Below, piece by piece: positions 9,138 to 18,660 of a stretch of 45,795 bases of DNA. The stretch comes from an uncultured Blautia sp. (GTDB lineage Bacteria > Bacillota > Clostridia > Lachnospirales > Lachnospiraceae): positions 1 to 45,795 of the forward strand of contig CAMOXX010000001.1 in the NCBI GenBank assembly GCA_946629475.1, written 5' to 3'. Made by a program: the position numbers and the translations under genes. Position 1 is the stretch's first letter; each line of letters starts with the position of its first letter. The notes beneath the pieces are model-generated. The model saw nothing but the letters and a program-made list of their open reading frames with translations, had not been told where the DNA came from and ran no database searches.

Positions 9138-10097
9138 TTATGAGGTAAAACGGAGGATGACGCTCCTCCACAGTTCCAGCTGAACCTTCAGATAGCACGA
9201 ATAATACTCAGAGTCATACGGAAACGCAGGATTCTGGCGGCTGATCCGGAACCCGTTCACAATGCCCGCCGCGTATTCCCGGCCATAACCCTTCAGAGTA
9301 AAATACAGAAGCTTAATTCCGAATCCCGCCGTAAGAAGCGGTAAATTCAGGAGGATCTGCGGCAGCGGCATATTCTTGCAGATCATATAGACATTGTTGC
9401 GGGAGGAATACCGGATTTTAAACTGGTTATACCGGGAGCCGGAGGTTCCGCTCCCCACATGCCAGACCACTGCTTTCGGCGCGTACCAGTTTTCATACCC
9501 TCTCAATCTCGCCCGGTAGCCGATATCCAGATCCTCGAGATAGGCAAAATGCTCTTCATCGAACATCCCCAGCTTTACAAGCAGGCTCTTCCGGTATATC
9601 GCCGCTCCGGCGCAGGAAGAAAAGATCTGCTCTTCCCGGTTATAGAGGGACGCGCTTTTCCCTTTTCCCCGGGCAAAGGCCCATCCGAGCGCACTGTAAA
9701 AATCTCCCGCGTCATCGAGGACCGACCTGTCATGAAAGCTGATCATTTTGGCCTGGCAGGAGAATGCCTTCCTGTGCCGTCTGACCGCCTGATACAGTTC
9801 CTTCACAAAGCTCGGCGATACCTCTGTATCGTTGTTCAGCAGAATAACGTACTTTCCGCTGCTCCTTCTGATCCCTTCGTTCACCGCCCCGGCGAATCCC
9901 CGGTTTTCCGGCAGCCGGATAATCTGTACTCCGGGATAGTTTTTCTCCGCAAAGTCACAGCTTCCGTCCGTACTTCCGTTATCTACCAGTATCATCTCAA
10001 AAGGAGGACCCTCCTGGGAAGCAAGGCTTGACAGCACGCTCTCCAGAAAGACACGTCCATTGTAATTCGGTATGATTACCGATATGATTGCAGCCAT
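9138..10097 (-). CDS. Glycosyltransferase family 2
   Basis: SVIIPNYNG, VDNGSTDGS, NRGFAGAVN, LLNNDT, YLEDLD and HVGSGT motifs. Confidence 0.9.
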   Translation of the reverse strand: MAAIISVIIPNYNGRVFLESVLSSLASQEGPPFEMILVDNGSTDGSCDFAEKNYPGVQIIRLPENRGFAGAVNEGIRRSSGKYVILLNNDTEVSPSFVKELYQAVRRHRKAFSCQAKMISFHDRSVLDDAGDFYSALGWAFARGKGKSASLYNREEQIFSSCAGAAIYRKSLLVKLGMFDEEHFAYLEDLDIGYRARLRGYENWYAPKAVVWHVGSGTSGSRYNQFKIRYSSRNNVYMICKNMPLPQILLNLPLLTAGFGIKLLYFTLKGYGREYAAGIVNGFRISRQNPAFPYDSEYYSCYLKVQLELWRSVILRFTS

Positions 10098-10104
10098 ATG
10101 GTTT

Positions 10105-11970
10105 CTACTCCGTCACCTTTTTTTCCATCCCCGGCAGGGCCTTCAGCGAGTAATTCCACTTTGTCAGGGAAAGATTCTTATTATAATACGGATCGCCCTT
10201 TTTCAGGATATCAATCCACCTTGTCCGGAAAAACTCGATCTCGCTCTGGAATCTCCTGACCTTTGCTTCATTGTCCTCAGCCCCCCGTGTCCTGGATTCC
10301 AGATGGTACATCTGTACATACGGGTCATAAACCACCAGATACCCTGCTTTGCGGATCCGCAGGCAGAAGTCCACATCATTGAAGGCAACAGCCAGCTTCT
10401 CTTCAAAGCCGCCGATCTCCGTGTAAACATCCCTGCGCACCATCATACAGGCGGCCGTGACCGCGCTCAGATCCTGAATGATGGATGCCTTATGCAGATA
10501 TCCGCTCCGGGAAGAAGGCATATCCACAAACATGTTTCCCGCAATGCCGCCGATCCCCACAACAATCCCGGCATGCTGTATCGTGTCGTTCTCATACAGC
10601 AGCTTCACTCCGACCGCGCCGGTGCCGGGTCTCTGGCAGACACCCAGCATCTCCTCGATCCAGCCCGGTGTAATGACTTCGATGTCATTGTTCAGCAGGA
10701 TCAGGTATTCACCCCGGGCATGGGATACCGCGAAATTATTGATCGCACTGTAGTTGAAAGGTTTCCGGTACCGGAAAAGGCGGATGTCCGGTTCCTTCGA
10801 GAGCTCGCGGTAGTACCGGAAGATTTCGTCCGTGGTGCTGTTGTTCTCGGCGATGAGAATCTCGTAGTTTGGGTATGTTGTCTTTTTGCGGATCGAGTCG
10901 ATACAGTTTTTCAGCGTTTCCTTTTCATCCTTGTTCGGAATCACGATCGATACGAGCGGCTGGCCGTGAACCGGATACTTCACCCGGTAAAAGCCGTAGT
11001 CAGGGGTGTGGGAAACGGTTCCCTGTACACCTGTTCTTAAAAGGTGCTCCTCGATCGCGCGCCGCCCCGCCTCATAGGCATACATCTTGCTTGCCGGATT
11101 GTCGGCCGTTGAAGCCCGGTGGGTCCTCCAGTGATAGAGAATCTCCGGAATATGCACAATTTCCCTCGCTTTTTCCGTGCAGCGGAGGATCAGGTCATAG
11201 TCCTGCGCCCCGTCAAAGGACTCCCGGAAGCCTCCGGTCTCCCGGAGCAGGGCCGTCCTTGCGACAAAGAAATGGCAGATATAATTGTTGGAAAGAAGCA
11301 GGTCGGGATTATAGTCCGGCTTCAGGTGGGGCTGATAATGCTCTGAAAGATCCGCCGTCACCTTATCCTCATCCGTATAAACAATATCACAGTCCGGATG
11401 GTTTCGAACCGCCAGCGCCGTCTCATAGAGCGCGTTCGGAGCGAGGAGGTCATCGTGGTCGAGGAGCCCCGTAAATTCTCCGGCAGCCATTTTCAGAGCC
11501 TGGTTTGAGTTTCCGGCAATCCCCAGGTTTTCGGAAAGGTCAAGAACCCTGATGCGCTTATCCCTGCCCGCATACTCCTTCAGGACACGCGCCATATCCG
11601 GATCATCCGGACTTCCGTTTACGATGCAGAGTTCCCAGTTCGGATACGTCTGCGCCAGAACAGAGTCCATCATCTGCCTCAGATACGCCTCCGGCGTGCG
11701 GAAGGCAGGAACCGCAATACTGATTTTAACCCCGTTTTTCACAGTGCTCCTGCGCTGCCTGGAAAGAACCGTTTCGTCCGGCATGTAAGCCGGATACCAG
11801 ACATCATACGGGACCTCCTCCGGCTCAAGCCGCTCCTGCAGCCGGATCCAGAATTCCTTCGGTCCATAATGCCGTAAGTAAAGCAGTCCCTTTTTGATCA
11901 TGTAGGGCGACAGGCGGCTCATCAGTTTCCGCCATTCAATTTTCCCTCCTGTGCCTTTCTCCTGCGGCAT
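10105..11970 (-). CDS. Two-domain glycosyltransferase family 2
   Basis: Two GT-A domains (ISIAVPAF...LDHDD...GAQDYD and VSIVIPNKD...LLNNDIE...FNDVD). Start ATG 11970 is preferred from the RBS but is uncertain. Confidence 0.88.
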   Translation of the reverse strand: MPQEKGTGGKIEWRKLMSRLSPYMIKKGLLYLRHYGPKEFWIRLQERLEPEEVPYDVWYPAYMPDETVLSRQRRSTVKNGVKISIAVPAFRTPEAYLRQMMDSVLAQTYPNWELCIVNGSPDDPDMARVLKEYAGRDKRIRVLDLSENLGIAGNSNQALKMAAGEFTGLLDHDDLLAPNALYETALAVRNHPDCDIVYTDEDKVTADLSEHYQPHLKPDYNPDLLLSNNYICHFFVARTALLRETGGFRESFDGAQDYDLILRCTEKAREIVHIPEILYHWRTHRASTADNPASKMYAYEAGRRAIEEHLLRTGVQGTVSHTPDYGFYRVKYPVHGQPLVSIVIPNKDEKETLKNCIDSIRKKTTYPNYEILIAENNSTTDEIFRYYRELSKEPDIRLFRYRKPFNYSAINNFAVSHARGEYLILLNNDIEVITPGWIEEMLGVCQRPGTGAVGVKLLYENDTIQHAGIVVGIGGIAGNMFVDMPSSRSGYLHKASIIQDLSAVTAACMMVRRDVYTEIGGFEEKLAVAFNDVDFCLRIRKAGYLVVYDPYVQMYHLESRTRGAEDNEAKVRRFQSEIEFFRTRWIDILKKGDPYYNKNLSLTKWNYSLKALPGMEKKVTE

Positions 11971-12013
11971 GATACTCCCCTCTCCATCATATTTTACCAA
12001 AGTATGAAGTTAT

Positions 12014-12064
12014 TGTAACATTACATTATATTTTTTGCAAGGAAAGCATGAACTGTGTTATAGT
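12014..12064. promoter_or_regulatory. Overlapping divergent promoters (GT2 pair / DD-carboxypeptidase)
   Basis: Plus strand: TTGCAA (12035-12040), 18 bp, TGtTATAGT. Minus strand: TATAAT at 12030-12025. Palindrome TGTAA-CA-TTACA at 12014-12025. Confidence 0.4.
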
Positions 12065-12103
12065 ATAAGATATAATTTTTACAGACTGGAGCTTTTAGAA
12101 GCG

Positions 12104-13615
12104 ATGAATACCAAACAGAAACAAGCGCTTTTTGCTGCCGCGGCCTTATTGTTCTCACAATGTCCTGCACTGTCCGCTTTCGGTGAGGATTATTACACCG
12201 ATTACGGTTACAGCGAAGAGGAATACTACTATAATGAGGATTCCTCAGACGGATACTACTATGATGATTCAGGGTCTTACTATGATGATTCCGGATCCTA
12301 TGATACTTACGATACTTATGATACTTACGATACCTATTCTGACTACCAGGAAAATGATTATACGGAGGAAGAATCTGCCGTGAGTGAGGGATCCGAAGAA
12401 TCGGAAAGCGAAAAGGCAGAAGATGTGGTGGAAATCCCCCCGTTTGATCCGGAAAATATTGTTCAGGGCGAAATCATTACCAACAAGATCCCTGACTGGC
12501 CAAAGGGTCCTTCCATCGAATGCGCCTCGGCCATTCTGATTGAGGATTCTACCGGCACTGTCCTGTATTCGTCCGATTCTGACATAATGTACTATCCTTC
12601 CAGCCCGGTTAAAATCATGACCTGCCTGCTCGCCCTGGAAAACTGTGATCTCTCGGAGGAAGTCACTTTTACCGAAACCGGCGTTTCCGGAGCAACGGAC
12701 GGAGCAACCAACATTGCCGCGCAGGTGGACGAGGTTTTCACGGTTGAACAGTGCCTGTACGCCATCATGCTTTCTTCCGCAAATGATGCCTCCCTGCAGA
12801 TTGCAGAGTACGTCGGCGGAACGGTGGACTTTTTTGTGGAGATGATGAATGACAAGGCACTCTCCCTTGGCTGCAATGGAACAGTATTTACCAACCCGAC
12901 AGGCCTCTCCGACCCGGCTCAGCATACCACGGCACATGATCTCGCCCTGATCATGCAGGCAGCAATGAAGAACGAGACCTTTCGTCAGATTGCCTCAGCA
13001 AACACATACACCATTCCGCCCACCAATTTATCGGGCGGTGAGCGAAACCTGACCAATACCTTCACGATGACCGACCCGGGAAGTGCGGGATACTATTCAG
13101 GGACCCTTGCCGGAAAAGAGGGCTACACCAGTCAGTCCGGCAGTGTTCTTGTATGTACGGCAGAGAGGGATGGAATCAGCCTGACCTGCGCCGTAATGCG
13201 CGGCGAAGCCGAAAATACCGACGCACAGGCTGCGGCTCTTCTTGATTACGGTTTTTTTAATTTCAGGCTGATGGATCTCGGCTATCGGGATTTCAATGTG
13301 ATAGATGGCGGCAAAGTATGCGTCCCCATCGGCACGATAACCAGCCAGGTCGAGATGGAGGATACGCTGAACGAAAACAATGAATATTCCCGCCAGTATA
13401 CCTTTGGCGGAAATCCCGTCGGAACCGCTACCGCCCTGATCGTGGAGGAAGAGGAGGATCCCGCCATAGCGGACGGGCAGAAGCACATGGAGGAGGCTCG
13501 GGAAAACTCGCAGAAGCAGAGCATTGTTCCATACATCATAATCATTGCAGCCGGACTGCTGCTGATCGGGTTTGTGATCACCAGAATTGTTGCTGCGGCA
13601 AAAAAGAACAGTTAA
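12104..13615 (+). CDS. D-alanyl-D-alanine carboxypeptidase (peptidase S11) with Tyr/Asp-rich N-terminal region and C-terminal TM anchor
   Basis: Signal peptide; SxxK (SPVK), SxN (SAN), FTNPTGL and TTAHDLA motifs; the third motif reads KEG; C-terminal TM helix plus KK. Confidence 0.85.
   Translation: MNTKQKQALFAAAALLFSQCPALSAFGEDYYTDYGYSEEEYYYNEDSSDGYYYDDSGSYYDDSGSYDTYDTYDTYDTYSDYQENDYTEEESAVSEGSEESESEKAEDVVEIPPFDPENIVQGEIITNKIPDWPKGPSIECASAILIEDSTGTVLYSSDSDIMYYPSSPVKIMTCLLALENCDLSEEVTFTETGVSGATDGATNIAAQVDEVFTVEQCLYAIMLSSANDASLQIAEYVGGTVDFFVEMMNDKALSLGCNGTVFTNPTGLSDPAQHTTAHDLALIMQAAMKNETFRQIASANTYTIPPTNLSGGERNLTNTFTMTDPGSAGYYSGTLAGKEGYTSQSGSVLVCTAERDGISLTCAVMRGEAENTDAQAAALLDYGFFNFRLMDLGYRDFNVIDGGKVCVPIGTITSQVEMEDTLNENNEYSRQYTFGGNPVGTATALIVEEEEDPAIADGQKHMEEARENSQKQSIVPYIIIIAAGLLLIGFVITRIVAAAKKNS
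12257..12334 (+). repeat. In-frame tandem repeats: 2 x 21 bp (YYDDSGS) followed by 4 x 9 bp (YDT)
   Basis: TACTATGATGATTCAGGGTCT / TACTATGATGATTCCGGATCC, then TAYGATACY x4. Confidence 0.85.
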
Positions 13616-13621
13616 TATATT

Positions 13622-13654
13622 AAAAAGCAGCGGGGAAAATCCCCGCTGTCTTTT
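13622..13654. terminator. Bidirectional intrinsic terminator closing both the dac gene and the BMC operon
   Basis: CAGCGGGG (13628-13635) / CCCCGCTG (13641-13648), with an A-tract on the left and a T-tract on the right, between convergent genes. Confidence 0.85.
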
Positions 13655-13655
13655 A

Positions 13656-14804
13656 TTATGCCCACAGCTTTGCGTATATTTTCATAATCTCCTGCTTTGT
13701 CGGCGTTTTCGGGTTGGTTGCCGTGCAGGCGTCTGCCAGAGCCGCCTCCGCCATCGTTTCGATCGCGCCGAAATAGTCCTCGGGGGCAATGGTACGCAGC
13801 TCCTGGATGGTCGTGGGAATGTTCATTTCCTTCTGCATCAGCTGGATCCAGTTTACCAGGGAACGAACCGTCATGACCTTATTGAAGTTGCTGAGCCCCA
13901 GTACATGGGCAATCGTGGAATAGCGTTTTACGGAAGGATGGTACTCCTTCTGGCTCCTGCTGTACTTGTCAATTTCGGAATTGTATTCAATAACGTGGGG
14001 CAGAAGCATGGCATTCGCCCGCCCGTGCGGAACATGGAACAATGCTCCGAGCTGATGCGCCATACTGTGCGTGATCCCGAGGCCGGCTGTGTTGAAGGAA
14101 AGCCCGGCAAGGCAGGAAGCCACGTGCATTTTCTGACGCGCATGCATGTCATTTCCGTCCAGATATGCCCTCAGCAGGAACACCCCGCATATCTCGATGG
14201 ATTTTTCCGCGAGGGCTGCCGAGAATTCATTGTGCGCCGTACTCACATAGCTCTCCACCGCGTGTGTAAATACATCCATTCCGGTATCTGCCGTCACCGA
14301 AGGCGGTACCGAACGCACAAGCTCTGCATCCAGGATGGCCTCCTCCGCCGTAAGGCTGTCGGCAACCAGCGGGTATTTGACATGATGCTCTGTATCGTTC
14401 ACCACCGCAAAGGAAGTTACTTCCGACCCGGTTCCGCTCGTCGTCGGAACCGCGATCATGGCAACATGGGCGTACGGGTTGATCTTCAGGGCAAATTCAC
14501 GGATTGCCTTTGCAGAATCGATTGCAGAGCCGCCGCCAACCGAAACAACCGCCTCCGGCTGATACTCGAGAAATTTCCGTACCCCGGCTGCAATTTTATC
14601 GAGGGGCGCGTCCGGCACCACATCAAAGAAAAGATCAAACTCTTTTCCGGCCTTCTTGAGAGGTTCCGTAATCAGGTCGATCATCCGGCTTTCCACCACA
14701 TAGGGATCCGTGATAATCAGCACACGCTGATACGGTATCTCCGTCAGTCGGTTAAGGGAGTTCTCCCCAAAGTGAATCGCTGTCCTCATTTCAAAAGTCT
14801 GCAC
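13656..14804 (-). CDS. pduQ: Iron-containing alcohol dehydrogenase, PduQ-like
   Basis: GGGSAID, VPTTSGTGSEVT, DTGMDVFTHAVE and HSMAH...HVPHGRAN motifs; GTG start; last gene of the BMC operon. Confidence 0.85.
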   Translation of the reverse strand: MQTFEMRTAIHFGENSLNRLTEIPYQRVLIITDPYVVESRMIDLITEPLKKAGKEFDLFFDVVPDAPLDKIAAGVRKFLEYQPEAVVSVGGGSAIDSAKAIREFALKINPYAHVAMIAVPTTSGTGSEVTSFAVVNDTEHHVKYPLVADSLTAEEAILDAELVRSVPPSVTADTGMDVFTHAVESYVSTAHNEFSAALAEKSIEICGVFLLRAYLDGNDMHARQKMHVASCLAGLSFNTAGLGITHSMAHQLGALFHVPHGRANAMLLPHVIEYNSEIDKYSRSQKEYHPSVKRYSTIAHVLGLSNFNKVMTVRSLVNWIQLMQKEMNIPTTIQELRTIAPEDYFGAIETMAEAALADACTATNPKTPTKQEIMKIYAKLWA

Positions 14805-14820
14805 GTTTTCTCACCTGTCC

Positions 14821-15612
14821 TCATGTATGATCGCCGAAGCGGGCGTCCTCCTCCGGGTACAGGCATTCCACACCTGCCTCGTCAAATTTCGCAAGCCATT
14901 CCTGCGGCGGTTTTTCATCTGTAATAATCGTATCAATATCCCGGAGGCTGCCGCATACGGCAAATGCCTTCTGGTCAAATTTTGTGTGATCCGCTGCAAG
15001 AATCCTCTTCTTGCCGGAACAAAGCATCGATTTTTTGGCACTTGCGATTATGTCCCGGGACTCCATAATTCCATGATTCATATCCAGAGCCTTGCAGGAA
15101 CAGAACACCTTATCCAGATAATAGGAGCGGATGATCTCCTCCGTGCGGGACCCGAAAAAGGCCAGAAAGCCCTCCTGCATCGTTCCGCCGGTGGAAATAA
15201 TATTCCAGCCCGCCGTATCGGAGAGTTCCAGCAGAACCTCCACGGAATTGGTCAGTACGGTAAGCCTTTCTTTTTCTTTAAGCGCCCTGGCGATAAATAC
15301 CGCGGTTGAACTCGCATCGAGAAAAATGTGGTCCCCTGCCTTAATCATGGAAGCCGCAATTTCCGCCATCCGGTGCTTTCCCGAAATATTCTGGTTCTTC
15401 CGGATATTGAACGGAAGATCAATGTTGAAATCCTCGTTGATCACGGCACCGCCATAGCTTTTGGTAGCGATCCCGTCCCTCTCGAGCTTGTCCAGGTCTC
15501 TCCGGATCGTCTCCTCAGACACACCGAATATCTGGCTCAGTTCACTTACAACGACTCTTTTTTCCTCATGAAGCTTTTGAAGAATCAGATTGCGTCTCTC
15601 CAGTGCAAGCAT
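14821..15612 (-). CDS. DeoR/GlpR-family transcriptional regulator (FucR-like)
   Basis: HTH VSEETIRRDLDKLE, YGGA, and sensor-domain motifs FLDASST, TNS and DHTKF. Confidence 0.92.
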   Translation of the reverse strand: MLALERRNLILQKLHEEKRVVVSELSQIFGVSEETIRRDLDKLERDGIATKSYGGAVINEDFNIDLPFNIRKNQNISGKHRMAEIAASMIKAGDHIFLDASSTAVFIARALKEKERLTVLTNSVEVLLELSDTAGWNIISTGGTMQEGFLAFFGSRTEEIIRSYYLDKVFCSCKALDMNHGIMESRDIIASAKKSMLCSGKKRILAADHTKFDQKAFAVCGSLRDIDTIITDEKPPQEWLAKFDEAGVECLYPEEDARFGDHT

Positions 15613-15654
15613 AACTTCCTCCTGCTGAAAACTGTCAGGAACGCTGTCTGTTCA

Positions 15655-16203
15655 CTATAAAATCGTGTCAATCATCCTCCGGTCGGGGTGAGCAATAACA
15701 GACGAATCAAGATACATACCCTTAGCGGCTACAAGATCGCTGGCCCTCTGGATGGATGCTTCCACCGCTGAGACCTCCCCGGTCAGCAGCATATACGACT
15801 TGCCGCACATGCCCTTCGCGATTCTGAGCTCGATCAGGTCCACAATCGCAGTCTTGGCTGCCTGGTCCGCAGCTTCAATGATGGAAGCCGCATCATACGT
15901 TTCAAGGATCCCCAGCGCGCTGATTTCCTCAACTTTGGTTGTCCCGTAAATTGCAGGGAAAATCGACTCATGCGGATTGCCGAGAACGAAGCTGTCGATG
16001 CATTTTTCCTCATACTTGGAGGTGGCCGCTTCCACAGCTGCCTTTACCGCGCTGAGATCGCCTGTGATCAGCGCAATGTATTTACCCGGACATACTGTCT
16101 GAGCCTCGATGATTTCAACCTCGGATGTTTTCACCATCACATCCGCCGCAGTGATACCGCTCGCGGTCGTCTTAAATTCAATCATTCCGATTGCTTTACT
16201 CAT
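15655..16203 (-). CDS. pduT: BMC-T tandem-domain shell protein, PduT-like
   Basis: Two BMC domains. TVCPGKY carries the Cys that ligates the pore Fe-S cluster in PduT; the second domain has GMCGKSY. Confidence 0.88.
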   Translation of the reverse strand: MSKAIGMIEFKTTASGITAADVMVKTSEVEIIEAQTVCPGKYIALITGDLSAVKAAVEAATSKYEEKCIDSFVLGNPHESIFPAIYGTTKVEEISALGILETYDAASIIEAADQAAKTAIVDLIELRIAKGMCGKSYMLLTGEVSAVEASIQRASDLVAAKGMYLDSSVIAHPDRRMIDTIL

Positions 16204-16219
16204 TTCGTGCACGTCCTTT

Positions 16220-17548
16220 CTACACTGCTGCTATCACAACATGACGGTCCGTCACTTCAGTTACTTTTCCACAGATCGGCGCGTGAATGCCCACGCTCAG
16301 GCCCTGGGCCGGTTCCGCGATCATCTGGGAGCGCGTCACAGTATCTCCGGGCTTCACAATTGCTTTTGCCGGCGCGCCGATGTGCTGGCTCAGAAGAACC
16401 CTGACCTTCGGTACAGCGACAAGCTCTTCTTTCATAGGAGCTTCTTTATCATATTTTGTAAGCCCAAGCCTCGCCATCAGCCTTTCTTCCGGAACCTTCC
16501 GGTACTCCCGGGATTCACGCACGGGAACCGGCTGCACGCCCTGAGGCGGACGGACTCCTTTCGTGCGGAGACCTGCTTTCATATCAGCGAGAAGTGTTCT
16601 CGGAGCCAGGCTCTGCGGACAGGAGTACATTTCGCACACACCGCAGGAGCTGCAGAAGCTTGCATTGATGTAAGGATTGAGATCCTGGAAATCCTGGTTC
16701 GACGCTGCGCGCATAAAGCGTGCCGGATCAATCGGATGTCCAAGGTTGTTACGCGGACAGAGGTCTGTGCAGGTGTTGCACTGACAGCAGATCGAAGCCG
16801 CTCTTTTCAGGTCGATGGAAGAAGTTCTGTTCTTCTTCGATATGATAACATGGTCCTCCGGAAGGACCAGGATTGCATTCGTCGTTTTTGTCACCGGCTC
16901 ATCGCCATTCCCGATCCGTCCCATCATCGGTCCTCCGACAAAATAGACAGGAGCATCGGTCGTCACTTTACCGGCGCACGCCACCACTTCATCCAGCGTT
17001 GTTCCAAGAGGAACGCGGACGGTAACCGGATCCGAAACCTCGGCTACAACGGAGACGTATTTGTCCATAACAGGCTTTCCCTGTTCAACTGCTCTGTAAA
17101 TATTGTAAATGGTTTCCACATTGAAAACCGCGACGCCCTGCTCAATCGGCAGGCCGCCCGGACGCACCACACGTCCTGTCGCTTCGTAAATAAGAACCAC
17201 CTCATCGCCCATCGGATATACTTCCTCCAGAAGATGAATTCTCATCTCCGGGAACTCTTCGATATGGGCTTTCAGCGCGTTCACTGTCTGTACATAGGAT
17301 TTTTTAATCCCGATAATAGCCTCGGATGCTCCGACTGTCTCAGCAATCATATGGAATGTCTGCATGATCTCATAAGCATGATGCTGAAGGAGCTGCCTGT
17401 GCAGTTTCAGCAGCGGTTCGCACTCTGCACAGTTCATCAGAATCGTGTTGGCTTTATCGCTGATCTTCATATATGTGGGAAAACCTGCGCCGCCCGCGCC
17501 GACCACACCATTTTCCTGTATGATTTTCTGTAATTCCCTGATATCCAT
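16220..17548 (-). CDS. pduS: PduS-like / RnfC-like flavin and Fe-S oxidoreductase
   Basis: GVVGAGGAGFPT, NCAECEP, SLBB GGPMMG, two CxxCxxCxxxCP ferredoxin motifs and a C-terminal SQHIGAP domain. Start ATG 17548. Confidence 0.88.
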   Translation of the reverse strand: MDIRELQKIIQENGVVGAGGAGFPTYMKISDKANTILMNCAECEPLLKLHRQLLQHHAYEIMQTFHMIAETVGASEAIIGIKKSYVQTVNALKAHIEEFPEMRIHLLEEVYPMGDEVVLIYEATGRVVRPGGLPIEQGVAVFNVETIYNIYRAVEQGKPVMDKYVSVVAEVSDPVTVRVPLGTTLDEVVACAGKVTTDAPVYFVGGPMMGRIGNGDEPVTKTTNAILVLPEDHVIISKKNRTSSIDLKRAASICCQCNTCTDLCPRNNLGHPIDPARFMRAASNQDFQDLNPYINASFCSSCGVCEMYSCPQSLAPRTLLADMKAGLRTKGVRPPQGVQPVPVRESREYRKVPEERLMARLGLTKYDKEAPMKEELVAVPKVRVLLSQHIGAPAKAIVKPGDTVTRSQMIAEPAQGLSVGIHAPICGKVTEVTDRHVVIAAV

Positions 17549-17552
17549 GGCG

Positions 17553-17819
17553 CTACTCCAATCCCGCACCGTCATCAATGATGCCGACGATCGCCGCATC
17601 TACCGGTGCCGTTTCCATGTCGCATCCTACCCTGGCTGCGCTTCCCTGTGCCACAAGTACATATTCGCCGATTCCTGCCCCGATGATATCAATCGCGACA
17701 ATCTGTCCGGCCCCGCCCTCTTTCGATTTCAGCGGCTCAACTATCATGAATTTGCTCCCGATAAGCTTTTCGCTTTTCCGTGTTGAAACAATGCTGCCGA
17801 CCACCTTGCCTGCAATCAT
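17553..17819 (-). CDS. BMC-P vertex pentamer, EutN/CcmL/PduN family
   Basis: MIAGKVVGSIVSTRK...AIDIIGAGIGEYVLVAQGSAAR...PVDAAIVGIID; GGGAGG RBS before ATG 17819. Confidence 0.93.
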   Translation of the reverse strand: MIAGKVVGSIVSTRKSEKLIGSKFMIVEPLKSKEGGAGQIVAIDIIGAGIGEYVLVAQGSAARVGCDMETAPVDAAIVGIIDDGAGLE

Positions 17820-17893
17820 AAGGGCCTCCCTGATATTAAAAGAATGTAACGGTTCGCGTATCTGTAAAGGTACTGAACTGATACAAAAGCTCA

Positions 17894-17939
17894 CAGTGCC
17901 CTGCCCCCGAAGCACGTATGTCCCGGGCGCAGGGTACTG
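17894..17939. other. Intergenic stem-loop between pduL and the BMC-P gene
   Basis: CAGTGCCCTGC (17894-17904) / GCAGGGTACTG (17929-17939), 10 of 11 positions complementary. Confidence 0.55.
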
Positions 17940-17950
17940 CGGATCAATAG

Positions 17951-18595
17951 TCAGCGGATGATCGTCACGGTATCTCCCTGGGAAATCTGCGACGCATTCG
18001 CTTCGTCTGTGTCGATATGCATCTCCAGAGTGAAGCTCTCGTCCACCCGGATCTTAACATGGTTAAAAATGGTTCCTCTCTCATTGTCAGCCTTTACGGA
18101 GACAATGTCGCCGTCCTTCACGCCCGCCGCAAGTGCATCCTTCGGGGACATATGGATATGGCGCATCGCTACGATACAGCCTTCCTTCAGGTAGAGAGCA
18201 CCTTTCGGCCCGATAATCGCGATCGGGGCACTGCCTTTTACATTGCCCGACTCGCGCACCGGAACCTTCATTCCGAGACGGATCGCGTCAGTCGCCGAAA
18301 CCTCCACCTGGGAAGCCTTGCGGACCGGCCCGAGAATACGGACATTCTCGATGGCGCGGAGCTTCAGGCCCACGATCGTGCAGGTCTCATTGGAAGCGAA
18401 CTGTCCGCCCATGAGATCCTTCTTTTTGGTCAGCTGGTATCCCGGTCCGAACAGAGCTTCCACATGCTCCTGGGTCAGATGGATATGTCTGGCGGACACA
18501 CCGATTGGCACCATAAACCCGCTGTTCCTGCTTTCTGTCCGGTTCATTGCGTCCAGTACGAGTCTGGTAATCTGTTCAATATTCTTTGTTTCCAA
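17951..18595 (-). CDS. pduL: Phosphate propanoyltransferase (phosphotransacylase) PduL with N-terminal encapsulation peptide
   Basis: VSARHIHL, RILGP, RESG, RHIHM and MHIDTDEANA motifs; amphipathic N-terminus NIEQITRLVLDAM. Confidence 0.93.
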   Translation of the reverse strand: METKNIEQITRLVLDAMNRTESRNSGFMVPIGVSARHIHLTQEHVEALFGPGYQLTKKKDLMGGQFASNETCTIVGLKLRAIENVRILGPVRKASQVEVSATDAIRLGMKVPVRESGNVKGSAPIAIIGPKGALYLKEGCIVAMRHIHMSPKDALAAGVKDGDIVSVKADNERGTIFNHVKIRVDESFTLEMHIDTDEANASQISQGDTVTIIR

Positions 18596-18660
18596 GACAC
18601 ACCTCTATTCTGCCGTATCCGGCTTTCGCATAACAGGGTACTTGCCAGAAACTGCTGCTG

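Noticed and set aside
12014-12025. WalR box in the GT2/dac divergent region
   Set aside because: The TGTAA units form an inverted pair, not the TGTWAH-N5-TGTWAH direct repeat.
12257-12334. CRISPR-like or mobile-element repeats
   Set aside because: These are short in-frame coding repeats without spacers. No cas, transposase or integrase genes are seen anywhere in the window.
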